Below the pieces are notes generated by a model. It made no database searches and was not told the DNA's origin. It saw nothing but the letters and a program-made list of their open reading frames with translations. Below are positions 1 through 14,724 of a stretch of DNA of 64,000 bases, in pieces; position 1 is the stretch's first letter; the number at the start of each line of letters is the position of its first letter. The position numbers and the translations under genes were made by a program. Origin of the DNA: Eledone cirrhosa (Eukaryota). The stretch lies in the NCBI GenBank assembly GCA_964016885.1, contig OZ024752.1, positions 28,148,001 to 28,212,000 on the forward strand, in the 5' to 3' direction.

Positions 1-720
1 AGTATTTCCACAGCGTGTATAAATCGACCAGATATACAGTCAACTAAACAGAATTAGGTGTAAAATAAACTAGAAGAAAAGTGAACATATTTAGTTACCT
101 CTACCATGGTTTCGTCCGCATTTTAAGATATCCGATAACATTGGAAATCTAGAGCACCGGACTCTTAAGGAGTTTGCTCAAATGTAATAATCTCCCGTTA
201 GGTTGAGATACAATTTTGGCTGTATTGGGCTGCGCTTTCTAGCAAAAAGCCTACCAGCCGTAAGCAACTAATCATATCCTTTCTAACTTGACCGCTGCCA
301 CGTCACGATTTTTAGCCATTTTTTAATGTATTCTTGGCGCGATCACTTTCGAAAATTAATTGACTAAATTTGAGCTAACTCCTGAAGAGTCAGGTGCTCT
401 AGATTTCCAATGTTATCGGATATCTTAAAATGCGGACGAAACCATAGTAGAGGTAACTAAATATGTTCACTTTTCTTCTAGTTTATTTTACACCTAATTC
501 TGTTTAGTTGACTGTATATCTGGTCGATTTATACACGCTGTCGAAATGCTCGATAAATACTCCGTCGCAACGGCCGCGAAGGGCTACTTTCGGTTATTTG
601 TCGGAGATTTCTTCAAAGGAGCCTTTATTCTTATAGCTTGGTCTAATTGATTTTGTATATGGTTAATTATGCTAATTGGGAGAGGAAACGGTATATATTT
701 TATCTGGTGAATCTATAGAC
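1..720. mobile_element. PLE-derived terminal repeat in inverted arrangement (arms ~1-184 and ~367-551), hammerhead-bearing
   Basis: 1-184 is the near-exact reverse complement of ~367-551. Each arm carries a hammerhead motif. The right side runs into (TA)n. The left end is cut by the window. Confidence 0.6.
379..452 (+). ncRNA. Type I hammerhead ribozyme motif, family 1 (second copy on - strand at 99-172)
   Basis: ctc-CTGAAGA-gtc..gac-GAAA-ccatag-TA-gag. The minus copy has a perfect stem III palindrome ACCATGGT and stem II gtccg/cggac, but its core is CTTAAGA. Confidence 0.6.
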
Positions 721-780
721 ATGTTTTATGATACATACATATATATATATATATATATACATATATATACATATATATAT

Positions 781-1095
781 GGCGGTTGCCAACATGTTCT
801 CGAGTATGGCCACTACTTTATATCCATGTAGGAGAACCCCTACCGATGCGCTGAACGAGTGTGACTTTTTAGTCCAGCCAGCGATTTGAAAACTCTGGTA
901 CAAACACAACACTTGTAACAAACATTGACACATAGTGCTGGGCCCATGGTACCATGTGACGACAAGTGCAGAGAGATCTCCAGATATAAAGCAATACCTG
1001 TGCCGTGAAGCTTTTATAGTGAGCAAAAGCACTGCACAAAGCCAGTCCCAATCTCTTAACCAAGATGATATTTACCAAAAAGAACAAGTCAACAT
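781..1095 (-). mobile_element. 5'-truncated copy of the 411-bp RTE-derived non-autonomous element
   Basis: Matches 8394-8804 and 23632-24042 from the same left (3') terminus. Flanked by (TA)n. Confidence 0.7.
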
Positions 1096-1197
1096 ATATA
1101 TATATATACATATATATACATATATATATATACATATATATATATACATATATATATATACACATATATATATATACATATATATATATACATATAC

Positions 1198-1228
<31 letters not shown>

Positions 1229-1465
1229 CATATATACATACATATACACATATATATATACATATATATATACATATATATATACATATATACATATCTC
1301 TCTCTCTCTATATATATATATATAATTATACATATATACATATACATATATACACACATATATTTATATATATACATATATATATATATACATATATATC
1401 TATATATACATATATACATACATATATACATATATATATACATATATATATATACATATATACAT

Positions 1466-1496
<31 letters not shown>

Positions 1497-1587
1497 TACA
1501 TAGATATATACATATATACATATACATATATACATATATATATATATATACATATATATATACATATATATATACATATATATATAC

Positions 1588-1632
<45 letters not shown>

Positions 1633-1875
1633 TATCTATACATATATATCTATACATATACATATATATACATATATATATATACATATATATACATATA
1701 TATATATACATATATATACATATATATATATATACATATTTATATACACATATATACACATATATATACATCTATATACATATCTATACATATATACATA
1801 TATACATATATACATATATACATATATACATATATATACATATATATACATATATATACATATACGTACATATAC

Positions 1876-1959
<84 letters not shown>

Positions 1960-1961
1960 AC

Positions 1962-1996
<35 letters not shown>

Positions 1997-2105
1997 CATA
2001 TATACATATACATATATACACACATGTATATATATACATATATATATATACACACATATATATATATATACATATATACATATACATATATACATATATA
2101 TATAC

Positions 2106-2136
<31 letters not shown>

Positions 2137-2246
2137 CATATATACATAAACATATATACATATATATATATCTATATACATATATATATATACATATATA
2201 CATATATACATATATACATATATATATATACATATATATATATACG

Positions 2247-2297
<51 letters not shown>

Positions 2298-2687
2298 ATA
2301 TACATATATATCTATACATATATATCTATTCGTATATATATATATTCATATATATACATATATATATATATATATACATATATATACATATATATATATA
2401 TGTACATATATATATAGACATATATACACATATATATACATCTATATACATATATATATATATACATATATATACATATATACATATCTATACAGATATA
2501 TATACATATATATACATATATATACATATATACATATCTATACATATATACATATATACATATATACATATATATATATACATATATATACATATATATA
2601 CATATATATACATATACATACATATACATACATATACATATATATACATATATATATATTTATACATATACATACACATATATATAC

Positions 2688-2718
<31 letters not shown>

Positions 2719-2849
2719 CATACACATATATATATATATACATATATATATATACATATCCATATACATATATATATATATACATATACATATACATATA
2801 TATATATACACATATATACATATATATATATATATATATACATATATAT

Positions 2850-2920
<71 letters not shown>
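1096..2920. repeat. Interrupted (TA)n/(TACA)n microsatellite tract (representative of many tracts across the window)
   Basis: Seen directly. Similar tracts at e.g. 14575-15880, 28722-29825, 33650-36025, 37710-38827. Confidence 0.98.
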
Positions 2921-2924
<4 letters not shown>

Positions 2925-3150
2925 GGAGGTGAGTTTTATTGTAGTACAATAAAGCAATGCAGATATCGGATAAGAAGCACTCTACAGTTTGTGGGACTGG
3001 AGTATGCATAATATAAGATCAAAAGATGGTTAAAGGAGTTCCATATATTTTATTATGCGCATTTCAAAAACAAATATCATCAAACAATAATATTTGTGTT
3101 TTCTTCAGATAAAACAGGAGAACATGATATGAAGGCTAAAAAACACTTGT

Positions 3151-4033
3151 AGATACAAAAACATAATTTGGTATAATGCTCCTTTCTCCATCTCTATTAA
3201 TAACAATATTCCTAAATTATTTTTTAGTGCCTTAAATAAATGCTTCCCTCCCTCACATATCTATAGTAAAATATTTAACAAACACACCATCAAATTTTCG
3301 TATTCTACATCCTCCAATATTTCCAACATCATCTCTAAACACAACAACAAAATATTAAATACTAAATCTCTTCCTTCCAATATTGAATTTCATAATAACA
3401 GTAATAGTACTCCCGACGTCATTGTAAACCCTAGGCTAACTTCTGTAAACCCAAATGCAACGTCAAACACAACTTCGCTAAATGTTCATAATCCAACTCT
3501 AAATCAAGAAACTATTATTCCTATTATTCCTATCGCAAACAACTTCTCCAATCCAATTCCTTCTATAGATAACACTAGATCACTCATTAATAATCTCTCT
3601 AATTGCAACTGCCGCATTAAAAATAAATGTCCTCTCAACAACCATTGCCTCGATAAAAACTTAATTTATGAATGTAAAATTATAACTAGCACCAATTCCT
3701 TCACCTATTTTGGCTCCACTTCCACCTCTTTTAAAGCTCGTCTCTATAATCATCATTCATCTTTCAAATACAAACTTAAAAGAACTAACACTGCTCTCTC
3801 AGAACTCATATGGTCCTTAAAAGACAAAAACATTAAATATAACATCTTTTGGAAAAAGATTTCTTCTTGCATCCTCATACTTGAACAGCTCTCTATCTAA
3901 AATCTGTAATCTCTGCCTAAATGAAAAATTTACCATTATCTCTAACCTAGAATCCATAATAAATAGACGCTCAGATTTGTTTTCTATCTGCCTGCATAAA
4001 TTCCATAGAACATTTCACAAAGTATACAGTTAA
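3151..4033 (+). pseudogene. PLE ORF fragment: RT C-terminus plus GIY-YIG endonuclease (one frameshift near 3870)
   Basis: Manual translation from 3151: NIIWYNAPFS..KCFPPSHIYSKIFNKHTIKFSYS..CNCRIKNKCPLNNHCLDKNLIYECKI..TYFGSTSTSFKARLYNHHSSF..TALSELIWSLK. After the shift: KICNLCLNEKFTI..INRRSDLFSICLH, stop at 4031-4033. There is no ATG, so it is missing from the ORF track. Confidence 0.85.
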
Positions 4034-5006
4034 TATTCAATTCTTTATCAATTTAGAATCTTTTCTCAAAGGCACATATACATACACCTCTTTAAAATAT
4101 ACCCATCTACCTTACTTTAAAGGGCATTATACACTCTATAATACTCGTTTACTCATTACCCTCATTCTATCTTCTCGTAAAACAATAACATTTGTTTTTG
4201 ACATTTTGAATATTCATCCGCAATCATTATTATTTTTTCTCTCTATCATAAATCTTTTTAATCTCAATTTCATCCTTAATTTATTATTATTTTTTCTCCC
4301 CATCAACGAACTCATTATTAATACATATGAATTCAATATACAAACTTTAACTTCACATTATTTTTCTCAAATCCTTCTACACATAAACCTTAACATTTTT
4401 CTCTTTGCTAATTTTGAAATTGCCTCAATACATACATTTCTTCTTTTGACGTTAGAATATTCACCCACAATTATTATTTTTTTCTCTCTATCTTCATACA
4501 TAATTTCCCTTCGTTATTTTTCAAATTCCTTTAATTTATACATTATCTTCCAACGGTTCCCAACCTCTCTATATTAAAACATTATATCTTTTTCTCAGTT
4601 ATAAAAACTATCTCTTTCTCTCTATCACCCATCTCTCCCTTTCCACCTTCACTCTCATCTCCTCCCCCTTTTTTTCATCCTTCCCCCCCCCCTCCCTAAA
4701 TAAAATATTTTTTCCTCGCACATATCCTCCCTTCGTTAATTTTCAAAATTTTTAATTTATACAGTATCTTCCAACGGTTTTCAACCCCTCTATATAAAAT
4801 ATATCTCCTCTCAGTTATAAAAACTATCTCTTTCTCTCTATCACCCATCTCTCCCTCTCATCTCCTTCCCTTTTCATCCTTTCCCCCCCCTCTCTAAATA
4901 AAATAATTTTCCCAATATCACACATCAATCTAAAACCACTTTTCATATGTTGATTTAAAACTGCACTATCAACAAGTGTTTTTTAGCCTTCATATCATGT
5001 TCCCTG

Positions 5007-5073
5007 TTTTATCTGATGAAAACACAAATATTATTGTTTGATGATATTTGTTTTTGAAATGCGCATAATAAAA
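5007..5073 (+). ncRNA. Type I hammerhead ribozyme, family 2 (other copies: 3048-3114 -, 7320-7386 +, 62339-62405 -, 62617-62683 +)
   Basis: ttttat-CTGATGA-aaacacaaata..tatttgttttt-GAAA-tgcgca-TA-ataaaa. 6-bp stem I, palindromic stem III ATGCGCAT, intact core. Confidence 0.85.
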
Positions 5074-5105
5074 TATATGGAACTCCTTTAACCATCTTTT
5101 GATCT

Positions 5106-5142
<37 letters not shown>

Positions 5143-5299
5143 TATACCTATAAATATATATACATATATATATATACACATATATATATACATATATATA
5201 TACATATATATATATACATATATATTTATATGTATACATATATATATCCATATACATATATACATATATATATATACACATATATATATATACATATAT

Positions 5300-5346
<47 letters not shown>

Positions 5347-5452
5347 CTTACATAGAGCACTCTTCATTTCTATGACCTTTTCTGTTTCCAACGGAAATTT
5401 CAATACTTATATATATACATATACATATATATACATATACATATATATATAC

Positions 5453-5496
<44 letters not shown>

Positions 5497-5544
5497 CTAT
5501 ACATATATATATATATATACATATATATATACATATACCTATAC

Positions 5545-5575
<31 letters not shown>

Positions 5576-6217
5576 CATATCTCGGGAACAAGTTTGTAAT
5601 TTGAACTCGGGAATTTTATATATATGTATGTGTGTGTGTTTGTATTTGGTTGTGCGTGTTTATGATAAGTACGTATTTGTATGTGTATAATTGTATAGTT
5701 ATGTATGCATGTGTGTGTGTATGTATACATATATATGTGTGTGTGTGTGTGTATTTTTATATTTATATATATATATATGTATATATGTATGTGTATATGT
5801 GTGTATATAATTGTATACGTGTGTGTGCGTGTTTGTACATGTATTTGTGTATGTGTATGTATGTGTTTATGTATTTGTATATGTATATTTATGTGTGAGA
5901 GTGTTTGTATGTATTTACTATCTCGCACGTATGTATACGTGCATTTGTGTGTATTACTTACCACGCGTGTCTGTTCATCTACCTGTATCGCTGTCAACTC
6001 TATAATAATCTTTATTATTATTTTATTTTTTTATATATATTTTTTCTTATATTTATTTACGTGTGTGAATATGTAGAGGAGTGTATATTTTTCTAACTTT
6101 GTACATGTATATGTACGCGTTTATGTATGTGTATGTACGTGTGTATATATGTATGATTGTGTGCATGTATGTATGTATATGTATGTGTGTATGGCTATGT
6201 TTGTGAATGTGTATGCA

Positions 6218-6320
<103 letters not shown>

Positions 6321-6529
6321 GTATATATATGTATATATATATATTTATGTTTCTATATGTATGTATGTGTATATGTATATGTGTGTGGTTGTATATATGT
6401 ATGTGTATGTATGGATGTGTTGATATTTATGTGCGTATGTATGTGTATATGTATGTGTATGTGTGTATTTATACACACATATATGTGTGTATACATGTGT
6501 GTGTGTATGTATGAGTGTATGTATATATA

Positions 6530-7511
6530 TATAATATATAAGAACAACAGATGGTTAAAAGAGTTCCATGTATTTTATTATGTAATATTACATAATACAA
6601 TACATTCTTACTCTATATCACCTTGTAAAAATCCTCCGTAAACATAAACATTTTTTGACGTTAGATTATTCATCCTCAATTCATTATTCTTTTCTCCCTT
6701 TCATCTAACTTATTCATGCTCATCTCACAATATATCCTTACTTAAATTACATGTTGTTCTTTTTAATAATACATATCAACATTTTCTTTCCATCGCACAT
6801 ATTATTAAACCCCTAAATATTATTAAACCCTTAAACATTATTCTTAATACATATTAACTTTTTCTTTCCATCGCACATATTATTAAACCCTTAAATATTA
6901 TTCTTAATACATATTAACATTTTCTTTTCATCGTACATATTATTAAACCCTTCAATATACAAACCTTAACTTTACATTATTTTTCTCTTCGTTAATTTTC
7001 AAATTCTTTTAATTTATACGTTATCTTCCAACGGTTTTCAATCTCTCTATGTAAAACAATATATCTTTCTCAGTTATAAAAGCTATCTCTTTCTCTCTAT
7101 CACCCATCTCTCCTCCTATCTCATCCTTCCTCATTATACTCCTCCTTCTCCACTTTTAACTCTCATCTCCTCCTCTCTTTCTTCCTTTCCAACCCCCCAT
7201 CCCCTCAAAATAAAATATCTTTCCCAATATCACACACCAATCTAAAACTATTTTTCATATGTTGATTTAAAACTGCACTATACACAAGTGTTTTTTAACC
7301 TTCATATCAAGTCTTCCTGTTTTATCTGATGAAAACACAAATATTATTGCATGATGATATTTGTTTTTGAAATGCGCATAATAAAATACATGGAACTCTT
7401 TTAACCATCTTTTGTTCTTATATATTATGTATACTCCAGTCCTACAAACTGTAGAGTGCTTCTTATCCGATATCTGCATTGCTTTATTGTACTACAATAA
7501 AACTCACCTCC

Positions 7512-7515
<4 letters not shown>
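6530..7515 (+). mobile_element. Non-coding 3' remnant of the same PLE family (3' UTR plus pLTR, short inverted arm at 6530-6583)
   Basis: Homologous to ~4120-5110 and to the reverse complement of 2921-3150. Hammerhead at 7320-7386. Contains a ~59-bp tandem repeat at ~6775-6955. Confidence 0.8.
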
Positions 7516-7599
<84 letters not shown>

Positions 7600-7840
7600 C
7601 TTTTGTGTGCGTGTTTGTGTGCGTGTTTGTGTGCGTGTTTGCATGTGTGGTTTTATTTTATTTTTTTCCTTTCCTCCTTCTTTTTCCAGCATCACTTTCA
7701 TATAGATTGCATTTTTGTTTTTTAAAATCCAAATTCAATACACAGACCAGGATTTTTTCATTCTGAGGATTGAAAGCAACATATTTTGCTTTTAAGAAAC
7801 CACTGGTAAATGGAATAATTGCCTTATGTTGTTTATTACA

Positions 7841-7876
<36 letters not shown>

Positions 7877-7945
7877 GGGAACAATTCTGAATAGCGCCAG
7901 TTCGTAATTTGAACTCGGGAATTTTATATTCTCCGAGTGAAAAGA

Positions 7946-8032
7946 ACCTTCTGACGAGAGTTTATCTTTTCAATGGACGGCCGCAAGGACTGTCGATTTA
8001 TTTTTGAGACTCAAAACCGATTCGGTAAAGGT
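7946..8032 (+). ncRNA. Hammerhead motif family 3, probably inactive (copies 10355-10441, 12779-12865)
   Basis: acctt-CTGACGA-gagttt..agactc-AAAA-ccgattcgg-TA-aaggt. All three stems are present, but GAAA reads AAAA in all three copies. Confidence 0.65.
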
Positions 8033-8393
8033 AACCATAGTGAGTACAGTGAATTTTTAAAAATTTATTTTGAAACTTTTTCTTATTTGCTAAACCTTGA
8101 TTAAATACATATATACATATAATTATACATATATATACATATATACACATATATGTATAATATATATACATATATATACATATATATACATATAAATACA
8201 TATATATATACATATATATACATATATATACACATATATATACATATATATACACATATATATACATATATATACATATATATACATATATATACACATA
8301 TATATACATATATATATATATACATATATATACATATATATACACATATATATACATATATATATATATACATATGTATACATATATATATAT

Positions 8394-8804
8394 GGTGGCT
8401 GCCAACTCGTTTTCGAGTACGGCCACTACTTTAAATCCATGTATGAGAACCCCTACCGATGCGCTGAACGAGTGTGACTTTTTAGTCCAGCCTGCGACAT
8501 GAAAACTCTGGTACAAACACTACACATGTAACAATTATTGACACATAGTGCTGGGCACATGGTACCATGTGACGACAAGTGCAGAGAGATCTCCAGATAT
8601 AAAGCAATGCCTGTGCCGTGAAGCTTTTATAGTGAGCAAAGGCACTGCACAAAGCCAGCCCCACTCTCTTTACAAAGATGATATTTACCAAAAAGAAGAA
8701 CAAGTCAACATCATTGGATACCATCTGGGTTGCAGGTGTTATATCAGAGTTTTCCTTCTCCTAGAATTCTGCCTTGACAAAGGCTAAGGGGTCATCTCTC
8801 TCGA
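8394..8804 (-). mobile_element. 411-bp RTE-derived non-autonomous element (copies 10799-11209, 13221-13631, 23632-24042)
   Basis: The minus strand ends with a C2H2 remnant ([22 protein letters not shown] in the 23.6 kb copy) and the 3' tail ggccgtactcgaaaacgagttggcagccacca. Both match the RTE at 36026-37709. Confidence 0.75.
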
Positions 8805-9091
8805 ATACACATATATATACATATATACATATATATATATATATACATATATATATACATATATATATACATATATATATACATATATATATATATACAT
8901 ATATCTATATGTACATATATATATACATATACATATATATATATGTACATATATATATACATATATATATACATATATATATATATACATATATATATAC
9001 ATATATATATATATACATATATATATATAATACATATATATATATACATATATATATAGATATATATACATATATATATATATATACTTAC

Positions 9092-9122
<31 letters not shown>

Positions 9123-9163
9123 CATACATATATATATACATATATATATATATATATGTACAT

Positions 9164-9720
9164 ATATTGTTATACTTGGGGAGGGTCATATTTGTGTAAT
9201 ATTGCCAGAATTAATAACAGAACACACTCACGGTTTGGTTGGTTTTCGCTTTTCGCTTCTGTGTCTTTTATATCGGTAATCTAATTTATTCGGTCCTCAA
9301 TGTTGCCATTGACTGACCGACGGTCAAAAATAATACAGATACAATATAGACACAAACACATATATATAATTTATCAAAGTTCTTTAGTTGCACAACTGCA
9401 ACATCGTCAGTGGTGCTATTGTTTCATCCCGTTACATTGTATGTCTACGCCATTTTTATTTAGTCTGTCTATATATTTATTTATTTATTTGTTTGTTTGT
9501 TTATTTTATTTTCCCTTCTTTGAGGACCGAATAAATTAGATTACCGATATAAAAGTCACAGAAACTAAAAGCGAAAACCAACCAAACAGTGAGTGTGTTC
9601 TGTTATTAATTCTGGCAATATTACACAAATATGACCGTCCCCAAGTATAACAATATTTGTTTCGACACACGATTTCATATAAAAAACCTCGCAAAACTAA
9701 TTCATCGCCGTTATGTAGAT
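9164..9720. mobile_element. Inverted-repeat element (137-bp arms 9164-9300 / 9520-9656, 219-bp spacer); copies ~11594-12150, ~14017-14575, fragment 61591-61728
   Basis: The arms are near-exact reverse complements. One arm extends ~60 bp further, like PLE inverted pLTRs. Flanked by (TA)n. Family assignment is inferred. Confidence 0.65.
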
Positions 9721-9812
9721 ATAGATATACATATATATATGTACATATATATATACATATATATATATAAATGTACATATATATATACATATATATATAA
9801 ATATATATGTAC

Positions 9813-9890
<78 letters not shown>

Positions 9891-9892
9891 AC

Positions 9893-9923
<31 letters not shown>

Positions 9924-10010
9924 CATATATACATATATATATACATATATACATACATATATATACATATATATATACATATATATATATATATGTACAT
10001 ATATATATAC

Positions 10011-10043
<33 letters not shown>

Positions 10044-10044
10044 C

Positions 10045-10108
<64 letters not shown>

Positions 10109-10250
10109 ACACATATATATATATACATATATATATACATTTACATATACATATATATATATACATATACATATATATATACATATACATATATACATAT
10201 ATATATAAGTATGTGTGTATACATTTACATATATATATACATATATATAC

Positions 10251-10281
<31 letters not shown>

Positions 10282-11393
10282 TCTCGGGAACAATTCTGAA
10301 TAGCGCCAGTTCGTAATTTGAACTCGGGAATTTTATATTCTCCCAGTGAAAAGAACCTTCTGACGAGAGTTTATCTTTTCAATGGAAGGCCGCAAGGACT
10401 GTCGATTTATTTTTGAGACTCAAAACCGATTCGGTAAAGGTAACCATAGTGAGTACAGTGAATTTTTAAAAATTTATTTTGAAACTTTTTCTTATTTGCT
10501 AAACCTTGATTAAATACATATATACATATAATTATACATATATATACATATATACACATATATGTATAATATATATACATATATATACATATATATACAT
10601 ATACATACATATATATATACATATATATACATATATATATACACATATATATACATATATATACACATATATATACATATATATATATACATATATATAC
10701 ACATATATATACATATATATATATATAGATATATATACATATATATACACATATATATACATATATATATATATACATATGTATACATATATATATATGG
10801 TGGCTGCCAACTCGTTTTCGAGTACGGCCACTACTTTAAATCCATGTATGAGAACCCCTACCGATGCGCTGAACGAGTGTGACTTTTTAGTCCAGCCTGC
10901 GACATGAAAACTCTGGTACAAACACTACACATGTAACAATTATTGACACATAGTGCTGGGCCCATGGTACCATGTGACGACAAGTGCAGAGAGATCTCCA
11001 GATATAAAGCAATGCCTGTGCCGTGAAGCTTTTATAGTGAGCAAAGGCACTGCACAAAGCCAGTCCCACTCTCTTTACAAAGATGATATTTACCAAAAAG
11101 AAGAACAAGTCAACATCATTGGATACCATCTGGGTTGCAGGTGTTATATCAGAGTTTTCCTTCTCCTAGAATTCTGCCTTGACAAAGGCTAAGGGGTCAT
11201 CTCTCTCGAATACACATATATATACATATATACATATATATATATATATACATATATATATACATATATATATATGCATATATATATATACATATATATA
11301 TATATACATATATCTATATGTACATATATATATACATATACATATATATATATATACATATATATATACATATATATATACATATATATATAC

Positions 11394-11440
<47 letters not shown>

Positions 11441-11524
11441 ATACATATATATATATACATATATATATAGATATATATACATATATATATATATATACAT
11501 ACATATATATATATATATACTTAC

Positions 11525-11557
<33 letters not shown>

Positions 11558-12242
11558 CATACATATATATATACATATATATATATATGTACATATATTG
11601 TTATACTTGGGGAGGGTCATATTTGTGTAATATTGCCAGAATTAATAACAGAACACACTCACTGTTTGGTTGGTTTTCGCTTTTCGCTTCTGTGTCTTTT
11701 ATATCGGTAATCTAATTTATTCGGTCCTCAATGTTGCCATTGACTGACCGACGGTCAAAAATAATACAGATACAATATAGACACAACACATATATATAAT
11801 TTATCAAAGTTCTTTAGTTGCACAACTGCAACATCGTCAGTGGTGCTATTGTTTCATCCCGTTACATTGTATGTCTACGCCATTTTTATTTAGTCTGTCT
11901 ATATATTTATTTATTTATTTGTTTGTTTGTTTATTTTATTTTCCCTTCTTTGAGGACCGAATAAATTAGATTACCGATATAAAAGTCACAGAAACTAAAA
12001 GCGAAAACCAACCAAACAGTGAGTGTGTTCTGTTATTAATTCTGGCAATATTACACAAATATGACCGTCCCCAAGTATAACAATATTTGTTTCGACACAC
12101 GATTTCATATAAAAAACCTCGCAAAACTAATTCATCGCCGTTATGTAGATATAGATATACATATATATATGTACATATATATATACATATATATATATAA
12201 ATGTACATATATATATACATATATATATAAATATATATGTAC

Positions 12243-12306
<64 letters not shown>

Positions 12307-12308
12307 AC

Positions 12309-12339
<31 letters not shown>

Positions 12340-12427
12340 CATATATACATATATATATACATATATACATACATATATATACATATGTATATACATATAT
12401 ATATATATGTACATATATATATACGTA

Positions 12428-12459
<32 letters not shown>

Positions 12460-12502
12460 CATATATATATATACATATATATATATATACATATATATAT
12501 AC

Positions 12503-12534
<32 letters not shown>

Positions 12535-12674
12535 ACACATATATATATACATATATATATACATTTACATATACATATACATATATATATATATACATAT
12601 ACATATATATATATACATATACATATATACATATATATATAAGTATGTGTGTATACATTTACATATATATATAC

Positions 12675-12706
<32 letters not shown>

Positions 12707-13780
12707 CTCGGGAACAATTCTGAATAGCGCCAGTTCGTAATTTGAACTCGGGAATTTTATATTCTCCCAGTGAAAAGAACCTTCTGACGAGAGTTTATCT
12801 TTTCAATGGAAGGCCGCAAGGACTGTCGATTTATTTTTGAGACTCAAAACCGATTAGGTAAAGGTAACCATAGTGAGTACAGTGAATTTTTAAAAATTTA
12901 TTTTGAAACTTTTTCTTATTTGCTAAACCTTGATTAAATACATATATACATATAATTATACATATATATACATATATACACATATATGTATAATATATAT
13001 ACATATATATACATATATATACATATACATACATATATATATACATATATATACATATATATACACATATATATACATATATATACACATATATATACAT
13101 ATATATATATACATATATATACACATATATATACATATATATATATATAGATATATATACATATATATACACATATATATACATATATATATATATACAT
13201 ATGTAAACATATATATATATGGTGGCTGCCAACTCGTTTTCGAGTACGGCCACTACTTTAAATCCATGTATGAGAACCCCTACCGATGCGCTGAACGAGT
13301 GTGACTTTTTAGTCCAGCCTGCGACATGAAAACTCTGGTACAAACACTACACATGTAACAATTATTGACACATAGTGCTGGGCCCATGGTACCATGTGAC
13401 GACAAGTGCAGAGAGATCTCCAGATATAAAGCAATGCCTGTGCCGTGAAGCTTTTATAGTGAGCAAAGGCACTGCACAAAGCCAGCCCCACTCTCTTTAC
13501 AAAGATGATATTTACCAAAAAGAAGAACAAGTCAACATCATTGGATACCATCTGGGTTGCAGGTGTTATATCAGAGTTTTCCTTCTCCTAGAATTCTGCC
13601 TTGACAAAGGCTAAGGGGTCATCTCTCTCGAATACACATATATATACATATATACATATATATATATATACATATATATACATATATATATACATATATA
13701 TATACATATATATATATATACATATATCTATATGTACATATATATATACATATACATATATATATATATATGTACATATA

Positions 13781-13814
<34 letters not shown>

Positions 13815-13815
13815 C

Positions 13816-13862
<47 letters not shown>

Positions 13863-13946
13863 ATACATATATATATATACATATATATATAGATATATAT
13901 ACATATATATATATATACATACATATATATATATATATATACTTAC

Positions 13947-13977
<31 letters not shown>

Positions 13978-14663
13978 CATACATATATATATACATATAT
14001 ATATATATATGTACATATATTGTTATACTTGGGGAGGGTCATATTTGTGTAATATTGCCAGAATTAATAACAGAACACACTCACTGTTTGGTTGGTTTTC
14101 GCTTTTCGCTTCTGTGTCTTTTATATCGGCAATCTAATTTATTCGGTCCTCAATGTTGCCATTGACTGACCGACAGTCAAAAATAATACAGATACAATAT
14201 AGACACAAACACATATATATAATTTATCAAAGTTCTTTAGTTGCACAACTGCAACATCGTCAGTGGTGCTATTGTTTCATCCCGTTACATTGTATGTCTA
14301 CGCCATTTTTATTTAGTCTGTCTATATATTTATTTATTTATTTGTTTGTTTGTTTATTTTATTTTCCCTTCTTTGAGGACCGAATAAATTAGATTACCGA
14401 TATAAAAGTCACAGAAACTAAAAGCGAAAACCAACCAAACAGTGAGTGTGTTCTGTTATTAATTCTGGCAATATTACACAAATATGACCGTCCCCAAGTA
14501 TAACAATATTTGTTTCGACACACGATTTCATATAAAAAACCTCGCAAAACTAATTCATCGCCGTTATGTAGATATAGATATACATATATATATGTACATA
14601 TATATATACATATATATATATAAATGTACATATATATATACATATATATAAATATATATGTAC

Positions 14664-14724
<61 letters not shown>

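Larger units (their letters stand above)
2921..5112 (+). mobile_element. 5'-truncated Penelope-like retroelement (Naiad-like) with an inverted 5' pLTR (2921-3150) and a 3' pLTR
   Basis: The body encodes a PLE RT C-terminal extension and a GIY-YIG endonuclease. ~3009-3150 is the reverse complement of ~4972-5112. Both repeats carry a hammerhead. Both ends abut (TA)n. Confidence 0.85.

Noticed and set aside
8545-8570. AGHMVP, resembling a serine carboxypeptidase motif
   Set aside because: It occurs in only one repeat copy (others read AGPMVP), is surrounded by stops, and lies inside the RTE-derived element.
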